64,000 nucleotides of DNA, taken from positions 32,001-96,000 of the forward strand of contig CAWJGT010000014.1 of assembly GCA_963842525.1 (NCBI GenBank). Direction: 5' to 3'. The stretch comes from an uncultured Holophagales bacterium. GTDB lineage: Bacteria; Acidobacteriota; Thermoanaerobaculia; Multivoradales; UBA5704. The notes below the pieces were generated by a model. It did no database searches. It was given only the letters and a program-made list of their open reading frames with translations, and was not told the origin of the DNA. The translations under genes and the position numbers were made by a program. Positions 10,344 through 19,863 of this stretch are shown in pieces. Within the stretch, counting starts at the first letter, position 1, and each line of letters starts with the position of its first letter.

Positions 10344-10386
10344 AACAGAAGGCCGAAAGAGGCATATACCGCAGGAGGGTTCAAAC

Positions 10387-12801
10387 ATGAGGACGACGAT
10401 CAGGATCGCCGGTGCGGTGCTGCTCCTGGCGCTCGCCATGGCCGGCAGCCCCGCGCACACCGAGCGTCTCTATAGCGACGAGGACCAGGGGTTCCGCCTC
10501 TCCGAGAAGGGCCTGAGCGACAAGGAGATGGCGGGAGCCGAGCTCTGGTACAAGGCGACGGCCGGCACCTCGCGCTTCACCACCTACGTGTTCCAGCAGC
10601 GCATGGGAGTGCTCATCGACTGGTACCGCGTGCTGCGCGCCGACCAGCGCGGCGAGCGCTTCAAGATCTGGGGCCTGATGCACGATCCCGGCTGCTGCGT
10701 GCCCGGCTCGCCCGGCTGTCCGGCGAAGAGCCTGGATGAGACCTACGGCTTCGAGTGGTGCCCCGGGGACAAGGAGCTGCTGCAGCACGTAGGCAGGACC
10801 GGTTACCGCGATCCGGGCTGCGACTTCAAGGACCCGGACGGCCCGGGCGACAAGCAGAACCCGTGCGACCTCGAGTTCGGCACCTCGACCGGCGCCCTGG
10901 GGTTCCGCAAGTTCCCCAACCCGCGTTTCGACGCCGAGAAGTGGCGCAAGGTCAACGGCGGCCAGCTCGGCACCTGGGAGGGTTACGCCCGCCGCTTCCC
11001 CTCCGGCGACGGCTCGACCGCGATGGTCAGCCATCTCGCCGATCCGTCGATCGAGCCGCCGTTCCTCATCGGCATGGCGTGCAGCGCCTGCCACGTCTCG
11101 TTCAACCCGGCGAACCCGCCGAAGGACCCGGCGAGCCCCGAGTGGGAGAACCTGAAGCTCCTGGTCGGCAACCAGTACATCCGCTCCTCCGAGATCATGG
11201 CCTCGGGCATGCCCACCGACAGCCCGGAGTGGCAGCTCTTCTCCCATGAGCGGCCGGGCACGGTGGACACCTCGGCCATCCCCAACGACATCGTGCACAA
11301 CCCGGGAACGATGAACGCCATCATCAACTTCACCCAGCGCCCCACGTTCGCCAACGAAAAGGTGATGAAGTGGCGCAAGACCCAGAGCTGCCCCGCCGGG
11401 GCCGCCGACACCTCCTGCTGGTGCGAGCCGGGCAAGCCCGGCAAGTGCTGGGAGCGCAGCCTCAAGGAGGAGACCGTGCCCCACGTGCTCAAGGGGGGCG
11501 AGGACTCGGTCGGCCTGAACGAGGCCATCCAGCGCGTCTACTTCAACATCGGCTCCTGCTCCGAGGAGTGCTGGCTCAACCACCTGACCGACCTGCGGCA
11601 GCTCGACCCGCAGGCCCGCAACTTCGGCCAGACCCCGTTCGACATCGGCCAGTGCCGCCGCGACTGCGCGGGCTTCCGCGCCATCGAGGACCGCCTCGAC
11701 TTCATCGCCTCGTTCCTCCTGTCGGCGCAGCCCACGGACCTCTACCAGGCCCGCAAGCTCGACGACCGTGGCGACCTGGTCGAGCAGCTCGACGCGGAAT
11801 TCGGCCAGGGTGCCGTGGCCCGCGGCCAGAAGGTGTTCGCGGCCAACTGCGCCCGCTGCCATTCGAGCCAGCCCGAGCCCTTCGAAGGGCGCGACTTCCT
11901 GGCCGAGAAGAGCGGCCACCGCATCGACTGGCTGGGCAACGACAAGGCGACCCCCGTCTCCGAGGTGGGGACGTATCGCTGCCGCTCCCTCCACTCGAAC
12001 CACATGAAAGGGCATGTCTGGGACGAGTACGGCTCCGAGACCTACCGCGAGCGGGCGGGTGACCCGAATATTCCTGACGTATCGGGAGGCGGCCGGGGCT
12101 ACTACCGCAACATCTCCTTGATCAACGCCTGGGCTTATGCCCCCTTCCTGCACAACAACTCCATCGGCCCCGAGGTGTGCGGCAAGCCGTCGATCCCCGG
12201 CACCGACCTCTATCGCTCTCCCTATGTCGAGCCGGGCTCCTACAAGCGGGTTGCGAACGCGCCCGACTGTTGGGAGTACGACCCCAGCGTGGAGGGGCGC
12301 TACAAGCTCTTCAAGGCCTCGATGGAGGACCTGCTCAAGCCCCCCGCGGAGCGGGCTCCGAAAGCCAGCCTCCTCGACGACGACATCCGCATCGAGCTCG
12401 GGCCGCGGACGTTCCGCCATCGCAAGGCCCGGACCTTCAAGATCAGCGTTCCCGAAGGGCTACCCGCGGGCCGGCTCGTCAGCCTGGACTTCAAGCCCTT
12501 CGTCGCGGACATGGTGCGCGCCAGGACCGACCGCGCAAATCTCAAGAAAGAGCTCACCACGCGCCTCGGCTCGGGGCAGGAAGCGAACAAGCGGATGCGC
12601 TGGCTCAACCAGATGCGCCGCCGCATCCTGAAGAACGCGGTATTCACCCAGAGCCTGCGGCTCAGCCCCGAGGATGCCACGGCCCTCTTCAAGATGTACG
12701 ACACCTGTACCGCTGATGTCGAGAACGCGGGGCACCCGTTCGGCACGAGCCTTTCCGCCGAAGACAAGAAGGCGCTGACCGCCTTCCTGGCGACTCTGTG
12801 A
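10387..12801 (+). CDS. Large secreted Cys-rich di-heme cytochrome c, RoxA-like (804 aa)
   Basis: RBS GGAGG, signal peptide, CSACH and CARCH, RNISLINAWAYAPFLHNNSIG, C-terminal DKKALTAFLATL and many additional Cys. Confidence 0.82.
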   Translation: MRTTIRIAGAVLLLALAMAGSPAHTERLYSDEDQGFRLSEKGLSDKEMAGAELWYKATAGTSRFTTYVFQQRMGVLIDWYRVLRADQRGERFKIWGLMHDPGCCVPGSPGCPAKSLDETYGFEWCPGDKELLQHVGRTGYRDPGCDFKDPDGPGDKQNPCDLEFGTSTGALGFRKFPNPRFDAEKWRKVNGGQLGTWEGYARRFPSGDGSTAMVSHLADPSIEPPFLIGMACSACHVSFNPANPPKDPASPEWENLKLLVGNQYIRSSEIMASGMPTDSPEWQLFSHERPGTVDTSAIPNDIVHNPGTMNAIINFTQRPTFANEKVMKWRKTQSCPAGAADTSCWCEPGKPGKCWERSLKEETVPHVLKGGEDSVGLNEAIQRVYFNIGSCSEECWLNHLTDLRQLDPQARNFGQTPFDIGQCRRDCAGFRAIEDRLDFIASFLLSAQPTDLYQARKLDDRGDLVEQLDAEFGQGAVARGQKVFAANCARCHSSQPEPFEGRDFLAEKSGHRIDWLGNDKATPVSEVGTYRCRSLHSNHMKGHVWDEYGSETYRERAGDPNIPDVSGGGRGYYRNISLINAWAYAPFLHNNSIGPEVCGKPSIPGTDLYRSPYVEPGSYKRVANAPDCWEYDPSVEGRYKLFKASMEDLLKPPAERAPKASLLDDDIRIELGPRTFRHRKARTFKISVPEGLPAGRLVSLDFKPFVADMVRARTDRANLKKELTTRLGSGQEANKRMRWLNQMRRRILKNAVFTQSLRLSPEDATALFKMYDTCTADVENAGHPFGTSLSAEDKKALTAFLATL

Positions 12802-12818
12802 TGCGGAGGAGAACGACG

Positions 12819-13727
12819 ATGCGAACCCACCTGAGATTGGCAATCCTCGCCGCCGCTCTGCCGCTCCTCGCCAACTGCGCAAGCGGCGGTGGCACGACGA
12901 CGACCCCCGCGGTGACCGCCGCGCGGCCGAACATCCCCTTTGCCGCCGTGGACGGCAAGGGCTACGCCGGCAAGCCGGATTTCGCCCGCGTCGAGCGCCT
13001 GCACCCCCTGACCCCGGAGCAGCGCGCGGCGCTGACTCCCGAGAGCCTCGCGACGCTCACCCACGAGGAGCTCGACCAGCTCTATGCCCGCCTCACCGCC
13101 GGTCCGATCCCGGAGGGTCCCTACCAGGGGACGGTAATCTTCGGTGCCGGCGGCGGCCTGCGGCGCCTCAAGGAGATCCTGGGCGGAGGCGTCAAGGGGT
13201 TCCTCGCCGACCGCGCGGTCGACGACCTCCAAGAGGCCGCCGAGGCGCTGTGGAAAGGGAAGGTCTTCTACCGCGACCAGATGGAGCTGCGCAACCAGAT
13301 CACCAACCGCAAGAGGCTGGCGCGCCTGCTCAAGGCCGACCTCTCGAAAATACGTACGGCGACGATCGAAGGCCGCGAGGTGGGCCTGCTCTTCCCGGCC
13401 AAGCTCTATTGCGGCCAGAGCCTGCTCGACAGCCGGCGCGAGTCGGTGATCATCGACTACTTCTTCGGCGACGAGATCGACGGCTACATCCCCGAGATCG
13501 ACGAGCTCGCCGGACGCAACGGCCTCCAGATCCGCGACGAAATCCGCATGGTCCGTCCCGGCTTCTATCTCGGCCGCGCCTACGTGGGGAAGATCTTCCT
13601 CCTCAACTTCACGCTCTACAAGAAGGACGTGGCCGAGGGCGGCAAGGCCGAGTTCGCGAGCACGGGTAAGGTCCACGAAGACTGCCGGCCGGGCGCCCAG
13701 CAGGTCACCCGGACCGCGGGCCGTTGA
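12819..13727 (+). CDS. Conserved-looking hypothetical lipoprotein in the cytochrome cluster
   Basis: RBS GGAGGA, lipobox LLANC, and motifs WKGKVF, LFPAKLYCGQSLLD, IRDEIRMVRPGFYLGRAY. Confidence 0.75.
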   Translation: MRTHLRLAILAAALPLLANCASGGGTTTTPAVTAARPNIPFAAVDGKGYAGKPDFARVERLHPLTPEQRAALTPESLATLTHEELDQLYARLTAGPIPEGPYQGTVIFGAGGGLRRLKEILGGGVKGFLADRAVDDLQEAAEALWKGKVFYRDQMELRNQITNRKRLARLLKADLSKIRTATIEGREVGLLFPAKLYCGQSLLDSRRESVIIDYFFGDEIDGYIPEIDELAGRNGLQIRDEIRMVRPGFYLGRAYVGKIFLLNFTLYKKDVAEGGKAEFASTGKVHEDCRPGAQQVTRTAGR

Positions 13728-13766
13728 TGGAGATGTGGACCCTTGGCGCCGGCAGTCCGCAACCGC

Positions 13767-16031
13767 ATGGCCCGGATCATCCTCGGCGCCGGGGTCCTCG
13801 CTACAGCCGGCCTCCTCTGGTTGCAGACGGCCCGGGGTGACGTGCCACCCCGGGGTCCGGTCTTCGAACAGGCTGCCCTCCCGGCCGGAGCGGCCTGGGC
13901 CGTGGATCCTCAGGACCCCGGCCCCAACCTTCCGCCCGCCGGCCGCTCCCTCTTCGACCTCCTGACCACCCATCTGGAGACACCGGAAGGGACGGCCCGG
14001 GTCCAGCGGGTGCCCTTCCCCTTCTCCGACCTCCTCGCCGCGATCGAGGCGCGGCTCGGGCGGCGGCCCGGCGAGCCCTCGCCCCTCAAGGGCGTCTTGA
14101 TCCCGCTCGGCCGCTCCCTCCAGCGCAACGCCGCCGGCACCGAGCTCTTCCGCTACCCCCGCGCGGTCGTGGCCGTGGATACCGAGGCCGCGGAGGGCGG
14201 GCTGTTCCTCAAAGACCGTCTCTACCTCGGCTATCACGAGAAGGCCGAGATCCTCGAGGTCCTCAGCTACAACGAGACGGCCGGCAGGTTCGAGTTCCAG
14301 ATCGTCCGCGACTACCGTCCGGGCGGCGAGGCCCGAGTGGTCTATGCCAACCGCGCGGTCTGCACCGCCTGCCACCAAGGAGGCGGACCGATCTTCGCCC
14401 GCCAGCTCTGGGACGAGACCAACGCCAACAAAGAGGTGGCACAGCTCCTCGCCGCCGAGAGGCGCGACTTCTACGGCCTGCCGGTCGGCCAGGGAGTCGA
14501 CATCCCCTACGCGATCGACGTCGCCACCGACCGGGCCAACCGCCTGGCCGTCTACCAGCTCCTCTGGCGCGAGGGGTGCGGCAACGGCGAGAAGGCGATC
14601 CGCTGCCGGGAGGCTGCATTCATCGCGGCTCTCCAACGCCGGCTCTCCGGCGGGGTCCTGCACGATACGGAGACGGAGAGCTTCCGCGAAGGCTTCGTCC
14701 GCACCGCCCGGAGCGCCTGGGAGGCACGCTGGCCCCAGGGGCTCGCCATTCCCGACCCGGACCTCCTCAACCGCGATCCCCTGACGACGAAAGGATCGGG
14801 CCCCGTGGCCGTGAGCGTGCCGGCGACCCTCCGCCCGGACGAGGCACAGCGGCTGGGCGGCCTCGTGCAGCGCTCCCACGTGCCGGCCATCTTCGAGCCG
14901 CTCAATCCCCGGCCGCCGCTGGAGGTCTGGACGGCCGCGGGCGCGGACGACAAGGGGCCAGGCCGCCTGATCTCCGGGCTGGGCGAATTCCTCACCTCCG
15001 AGGAGGTCCGGAGGCTCGACCAGCACCTCTTCGCTGCCGGGAGCCGGCCGGCGAGCCCGCGGGAGAGCATCACCGCTCCCTGCGAGGTGGCGGTGCAGAG
15101 GCGGGAGGGGGCCGCGGAGAGGGTCAAGATCAAGTGCTCTGCCGCAGGACGCCTCGCCCTGGAGGGACGATTCTTCCTGGACGGGGGCCGGGTGACGGGC
15201 GGGACGATCGAGCGCCTGGAGACCACCGGAGGCGTCCTGCGCGACCTCGACGTGACCGGAGGGACGGTCACGGCAGCGGACGGGCGCCGCGAGGTCGAGG
15301 CCGCGGTGGCCCAGAAGCTCTCGGGCCTCCACGCCCGCAGGGCCGACGGCAACGCCCTGGAGCGACTGCGGCTCACCTGGCGGGACGGCGAGGCGGCCGG
15401 CGAGGTCACGGCAGGCTTCCTCGCCGACTTCGACGCCGCCGAGGCCGTGATCGGGAAGCTCGCGGACCGCACGGAGAGCGGCGCAAGCGACGCCTTCTCG
15501 TCCCTGCCCTTCCGCCGCGCCGCCACCCTGGGCCCCCTGTTCGCCGGGCTCGGAATGGAGCCCGGCTCCTGCTGCCTCGACGAGTCCGGGCTGCCACCCC
15601 CCGTCCTGGAGCCGGACGGCGCGGCCGGGCCCGACGACTTCCCCGAGCCGGCGGTCAAGGCGCTCTACAGCTATTGCGCCCGCTGCCACGCCACGCCCGA
15701 GGTCTCGCCGCCCAACTTCCTCTACGGCGACGCTGCGAGCGTCCGTTCGAACCTCGCCCACTGCGCGGAGCGGATCTTCTTCCGCCTCGATGTCTGGCGC
15801 CTGCCTGCGGCAGAGCGGCCCAAGACCCCGATGCCGCCGATCCACTCCCTCGCCGGCCTCGGCCTGGCCACCGAGAGCTGGCCCGACGATCCCGTTCTGG
15901 ACCTCCTGCGGCAACACGCCGCCGGCCTCCTGCGTACACAGATAGGGGCCGCCCCACGCCTGGAAGCTCTGGAGGCGCGGGGCTACGAGAACCTGCAGAG
16001 CTGTTTGCCGCCGGCGCTTGCGGCGCGGTGA
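13767..16031 (+). CDS. Secreted protein with two CxxCH heme-binding motifs
   Basis: Signal peptide MARIILGAGVLATAGLLW, CTACH and C-terminal CARCH followed by PMPP (candidate axial Met). Confidence 0.75.
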   Translation: MARIILGAGVLATAGLLWLQTARGDVPPRGPVFEQAALPAGAAWAVDPQDPGPNLPPAGRSLFDLLTTHLETPEGTARVQRVPFPFSDLLAAIEARLGRRPGEPSPLKGVLIPLGRSLQRNAAGTELFRYPRAVVAVDTEAAEGGLFLKDRLYLGYHEKAEILEVLSYNETAGRFEFQIVRDYRPGGEARVVYANRAVCTACHQGGGPIFARQLWDETNANKEVAQLLAAERRDFYGLPVGQGVDIPYAIDVATDRANRLAVYQLLWREGCGNGEKAIRCREAAFIAALQRRLSGGVLHDTETESFREGFVRTARSAWEARWPQGLAIPDPDLLNRDPLTTKGSGPVAVSVPATLRPDEAQRLGGLVQRSHVPAIFEPLNPRPPLEVWTAAGADDKGPGRLISGLGEFLTSEEVRRLDQHLFAAGSRPASPRESITAPCEVAVQRREGAAERVKIKCSAAGRLALEGRFFLDGGRVTGGTIERLETTGGVLRDLDVTGGTVTAADGRREVEAAVAQKLSGLHARRADGNALERLRLTWRDGEAAGEVTAGFLADFDAAEAVIGKLADRTESGASDAFSSLPFRRAATLGPLFAGLGMEPGSCCLDESGLPPPVLEPDGAAGPDDFPEPAVKALYSYCARCHATPEVSPPNFLYGDAASVRSNLAHCAERIFFRLDVWRLPAAERPKTPMPPIHSLAGLGLATESWPDDPVLDLLRQHAAGLLRTQIGAAPRLEALEARGYENLQSCLPPALAAR

Positions 16032-16086
16032 GGCCTGCCCTCATCAGGGCTCCGTCAAAATCATCGTAGCGGGGGCCTCCCTCCGC

Positions 16087-16240
16087 ACCCTCACCCCCCG
16101 TCCCCCTCTCCCATCCGCACTCACGCCCACCCGGGAGAGGGGGCGCCACCGCCCAAAGCCTTGAAAAAACGAGCGTTGGGGGTTCCCCCTCTCCCGGGAG
16201 GATGGGCGTGCGGATGGGAGAGGGGGTCAGGGGGTGAGGG
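16087..16240. repeat. REP-like palindromic element, class A
   Basis: ACCCTCACCCCCCGTCCCCCTCTCCC ... GGGAGAGGGGGTCAGGGGGTGAGGGT; same architecture as 5970..6114. Confidence 0.85.
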
Positions 16241-16365
16241 TCTTGGGGCGGGGGAAACTCCGTCTCCCCCCGACTTTGACCGAGCCCCGGCCCCCGCCCG
16301 TCTGGGCTTGACGTGCGGCCTGGCGTCTCCGAAGATGAGGCATCACGATCCTGCGGAGGTCTCAC

Positions 16366-16821
16366 ATGCGGCTCCATCGAATGGCTCTCCTCGTCTTCCT
16401 GACCTCCGTCCTGGCGTGCGGCGGCTCCGGCGGCTCCTCCCCCACCGAGCCGCCACCGTCGTCGAATCCAGTCGCCCTGGAGGGATCGTGGAGCGGGAAC
16501 ATCACGGTCACGACTCCCGGCAATGCCGCGACCACCTGCACAACCCGCCTGACACTCTTTCTCGACCAGCAGGTCTACCTGGGGAACTGGGAAGCCCAGT
16601 GCGCGAACGGCACCGAAGGGCGGGGGGTCGCAAACGCCATCCTCGGCCCCTTCGACCTGGCGATCGTCAGCGGCCTCCTGGGCCAGACGGTCTTCGGCGG
16701 CTGTGGCTGGGGGTCCACCGCGATCCGCGAGGGCAACCGTCTCCGGGGGGAATGGAGCACGCCGGAGAACTGCCCGACCGGGCCCGTCCTGCGTGGCCGG
16801 ATCGAGCTGACGAAGCAGTAG
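16366..16821 (+). CDS. Hypothetical beta-rich lipoprotein
   Basis: RBS GGAGG, lipobox VLAC followed by a Gly/Ser/Pro linker, then GSWSG and paired Cys. Confidence 0.75.
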   Translation: MRLHRMALLVFLTSVLACGGSGGSSPTEPPPSSNPVALEGSWSGNITVTTPGNAATTCTTRLTLFLDQQVYLGNWEAQCANGTEGRGVANAILGPFDLAIVSGLLGQTVFGGCGWGSTAIREGNRLRGEWSTPENCPTGPVLRGRIELTKQ

Positions 16822-17054
16822 GATTCTGGCTCTGAAGCGACAGAGCCGCCGGCAGCGTCGCGCGGGTGGCGGGTGTCCATGAGAAAAGATTGGGCTCTCG
16901 CCGGGGCTCTGGCGACCTCCCCACGGCCTGAACTTTCACGCGCCGGCTGAATTCTCCCACGCGCTAAGTTATCTGGAGGTGTGGCCACGGCCGGGCCGAG
17001 CCTCCTCTGACGCATAAGAACTTCCCGTGTGCCTGAGAGGTTTTTGGGAAGTTG

Positions 17055-17253
17055 AGCCCCGCAGGGGCGGACGGAATTAGCCCGGGCATTCATGCCCGGG
17101 AAGGGAAGGCCAAATCCTCCATCCAGCCCCGTCAGGGGCGGCAGGAGGCCTGTCAGCCGGATTCCTGTCGCCCCTGGCGGGGCTCCGGGAATTTTGGATG
17201 CCTGATTCCCGGGCATGAATGCCCGGGCTAATCCCGGCCGCCCCTGCGGGGCT
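17055..17253. repeat. Long palindromic element, class B (AGCCCCGCAGGGGCGG ... CCGCCCCTGCGGGGCT)
   Basis: About 200-bp inverted repeat with nested arms TTAGCCCGGGCATTCATGCCCGGGAA / TTCCCGGGCATGAATGCCCGGGCTAA. Confidence 0.8.
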
Positions 17254-17590
17254 GATTTCCAGACACCCCTGAAACGCCAAGCGCACGTAAGGTTGGATGC
17301 GATCTGCCCAACCTCCTTCGCTTGTCGAGCATGACGTAGTTGCGACTTTCGCGGCACAGGGCTCCAGAATGCTTCTCCAAGTGCCTCGCCGGCCTTGACG
17401 CAGGTTAGAAAGAGGTGTAGAGTGCCGCTAAGTCGAAGAGGATAAGCACCTTGCACGCTCGACACCCTGGGACCGGCCGTGGAGTCAACCCGCAGGTTTT
17501 GTCGTATTGGCCTGCGAGCGGGGTGACGGCGAATATGTGAGGCAGGGGTTCGCCGCAAGCTAGGTACGAGCGATGCTAACTGATGGGGGA

Positions 17591-18304
17591 ATGATGAACC
17601 GGCGACCACGTGAAGTCATACTCGCTGCTCGGATCTCCTTCTACCGTTTTGAAGAGAACCAGAGCGGTTACCGCGACAAGGTCGAGTTTAAGAACCTTGA
17701 GGCTCCAAGAGACCACTTAGAGCGAGAGGTGCGACGGACAATCGAATCAGATTTGCCGGCTGAGCTCGAGGCTATTTATGGGCTCCGAGTAAGAACGCGG
17801 TTCATTACCACTCGGCCAGGGAGCGTTATTGCCTTTTTCGCGGTGGTGGTTGAGGCGCTGGGTATTTTTTCAAGCTACTCGGACTTTTTCGAGAGTATAT
17901 CTCTTGTGCGTAAACATTCGGCCGCTCTCCTAGAGCGCCTAATGGAGGAGCGGTACACGCCAGGTCCGAGCCTAACCTCAGATGTTTCGGTGACTGTCGA
18001 ATACCCACGCGTGCCTGATCCTGATGATCTTCATCCGGGTAGGCGGTTTTGGAAGAGATTCGGTCCTGAAGCTGACATGATGTTCGCCGCCGGTTGGAGT
18101 GGCTCACAGCCCCGAGTTCGGCGTGATGGCCTATTCTGGTGGTTGGTGATATGTAACCTCCTTTTTGCCGTTGCTCTAGGGGCCCTTGTCGCGGCAGCAG
18201 TCGTGAGGACATACTTCACTGTTGAACGTGGCCTCCCAGGAGGCTTTCACAAAAGCTCAGGAGCTGCCGAACCGGCAGCCGCATCGGAGAGGATCCAGAA
18301 CTAG
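17591..18304 (+). CDS. Hypothetical membrane protein, visibly lower GC than its flanks
   Basis: Open frame with protein-like composition and a TM segment LFWWLVICNLLFAVALGALVAAAVV. Start uncertain (17573 or 17591). Confidence 0.65.
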   Translation: MMNRRPREVILAARISFYRFEENQSGYRDKVEFKNLEAPRDHLEREVRRTIESDLPAELEAIYGLRVRTRFITTRPGSVIAFFAVVVEALGIFSSYSDFFESISLVRKHSAALLERLMEERYTPGPSLTSDVSVTVEYPRVPDPDDLHPGRRFWKRFGPEADMMFAAGWSGSQPRVRRDGLFWWLVICNLLFAVALGALVAAAVVRTYFTVERGLPGGFHKSSGAAEPAAASERIQN

Positions 18305-18414
18305 TCAGTATGCGAGTCGGCGGCGAACCCCCGCTTCCACCGGACGGCCGGCTTCGCCGTCCGCACGGTGAAGCGTCAAGGCGTTGGCCGTCTGCCTGCC
18401 GCCGGCGCTGAATG

Positions 18415-18820
18415 CCGCGCTGAGGGGCAGTGGTCCCGCGGTAGTGCCAAGGTTCCCCGCGGGACTATGGACGTTCACCGCAGCGCCGCGCAGTGGTCCC
18501 GCGGCACCGGCAAGGCTCACCGCGGGACCATGGACGTTCACCGCGGCGACTCGAAGTGGTCCCGCGGCAGCGGCAAGGCTCACCGCGGGAGCATGTAGCT
18601 TCCCCGCAGTGGGGTGAAGTGGTCCCGCAGCACCGCCGGAGCACACCGCGGGACCATGCAAGGTCACCGCGGCGCGGTCCAATGGTCCCGCAGGACCGCC
18701 AGTTCACACAGCGGGACCGTGCACGTGCACCGCGGGGAGGTCAAGTGGTCCCGCGGGACCGCCAGGCGGCACCCCGGGACCATACGCGTCCACCGCAGGA
18801 CCGTCACTCCCATTCGCGGT
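18415..18820. repeat. Tandem array with 21-bp phasing and six 63-bp hairpin units
   Basis: CCGCRG recurs every 21 nt (18436, 18457, 18478, 18499 ... 18793). RTGGTCCCGCRG starts at 18430, 18493, 18556, 18619, 18682 and 18745. Confidence 0.9.
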
Positions 18821-18877
18821 GGCCGTCTCGACCACCTGGAGCTCGATGGCCGCCACGGCTGCCGTGCTCACAGCCAC

Positions 18878-19201
18878 CTAGGCCTCAGGACGATAGCTTT
18901 CAGGCTCGCAGCGGCTCTCGACTGCCAGCAGGTCCTCCACTTCCCGAGCGGGGCCCGCCTGCTCGGGATCCGGGAAGACGCCGCGAAAAAAGTTCGCGGG
19001 GGGAATACCTGCGGCCTCCAGAACCTCCAGAACCTGGGTCATCTTAAGATGCCGGGTGCCAGCGAAGAGCCGGCTGAGATAGCCACTATGCTCGCTGAAC
19101 CCCATGCGGCGCTCGATCTCGCGGTTTGACAGACCGCTCAGGTGGAGGGCGACCTGAAGCAGACGACGCACTCTTGCCTCGTGCTCCTCGGCGGAAGTCA
19201 T
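18878..19201 (-). CDS. XRE-family helix-turn-helix protein
   Basis: LSNREIERRMGFSEHSGYLSRLFAG...VLEVLEAAGIPPANFF; RBS AAGGGG upstream. Confidence 0.75.
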   Translation of the reverse strand: MTSAEEHEARVRRLLQVALHLSGLSNREIERRMGFSEHSGYLSRLFAGTRHLKMTQVLEVLEAAGIPPANFFRGVFPDPEQAGPAREVEDLLAVESRCEPESYRPEA

Positions 19202-19398
19202 CAGTTTGTCCCCTTCAGGAAAGTCACAAAAAACTGGCCGGGCCGGACTACTCTCGACAATCCCCGTGGGCAGGCCCCAGGAGGGTCAGCTCCAGAGGGA
19301 CCCGGGGAGATGCCGACCACCGCACGGGAGAGGCTGCCCGCCTTGATCTCCCCCAAACCTCGCCCGACCCGACCAGACTCAAAACCGGTCCTCATCGC

Positions 19399-19695
19399 TC
19401 AAGATGGGAAAGCAGTCTTCATCTCGAGCCTGTATGCGACTGCTGGTGTGAAGCCTATAAGTCCGGCAAATTCCACGGGATCGTTGCGTGCAATTTCCGC
19501 CATCGCTTCTCGCGCACGTAACCCTGCCTCAGCGGGTGACTGGAAGACCAGCCAATCCACATCGGTCGCGTGAAGCACAGCTCCATGCTCACCCTCGTCA
19601 AGCTCGACTTCAACGATCTCGCCCTCGATTTGAATCCATCCTTGAGACTCCTGCGGGAGCAACTCTTCGTTGCCTACTTGGGGCGGCGCGATCAT
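19399..19695 (-). CDS. Small acidic hypothetical protein or gene remnant
   Basis: Protein-like composition unlike shadow ORFs. AAAAGGAG abuts the ATG with unusually short spacing. Confidence 0.35.
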   Translation of the reverse strand: MIAPPQVGNEELLPQESQGWIQIEGEIVEVELDEGEHGAVLHATDVDWLVFQSPAEAGLRAREAMAEIARNDPVEFAGLIGFTPAVAYRLEMKTAFPS

Positions 19696-19863
19696 CTCCT
19701 TTTGATGCTCCTCTCTACCGTGGCGAGGCCGCTACGACCCACGCAGGCGAGAGCAGCGACTGTTCCTCCGGGAGGCTCAGCATCCGAATTGGATGTTTTG
19801 GCCTTCTGTCCCGAAAACGTGCCCTGCGGCTACTTACTTGATGGATGGAGGGTCCTTTCGATC

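Noticed and set aside
10381-15917. 679-aa and 1205-aa minus-strand ORFs
   Set aside because: Shadows of the plus-strand cytochrome genes.
16575-17609. 344-aa minus-strand ORF
   Set aside because: It runs through a palindromic repeat and antisense to a lipoprotein gene, and its composition is not protein-like.
18415-18820. CRISPR array
   Set aside because: The repeats are degenerate, the intervening segments are related to each other, and no cas genes are in the window.
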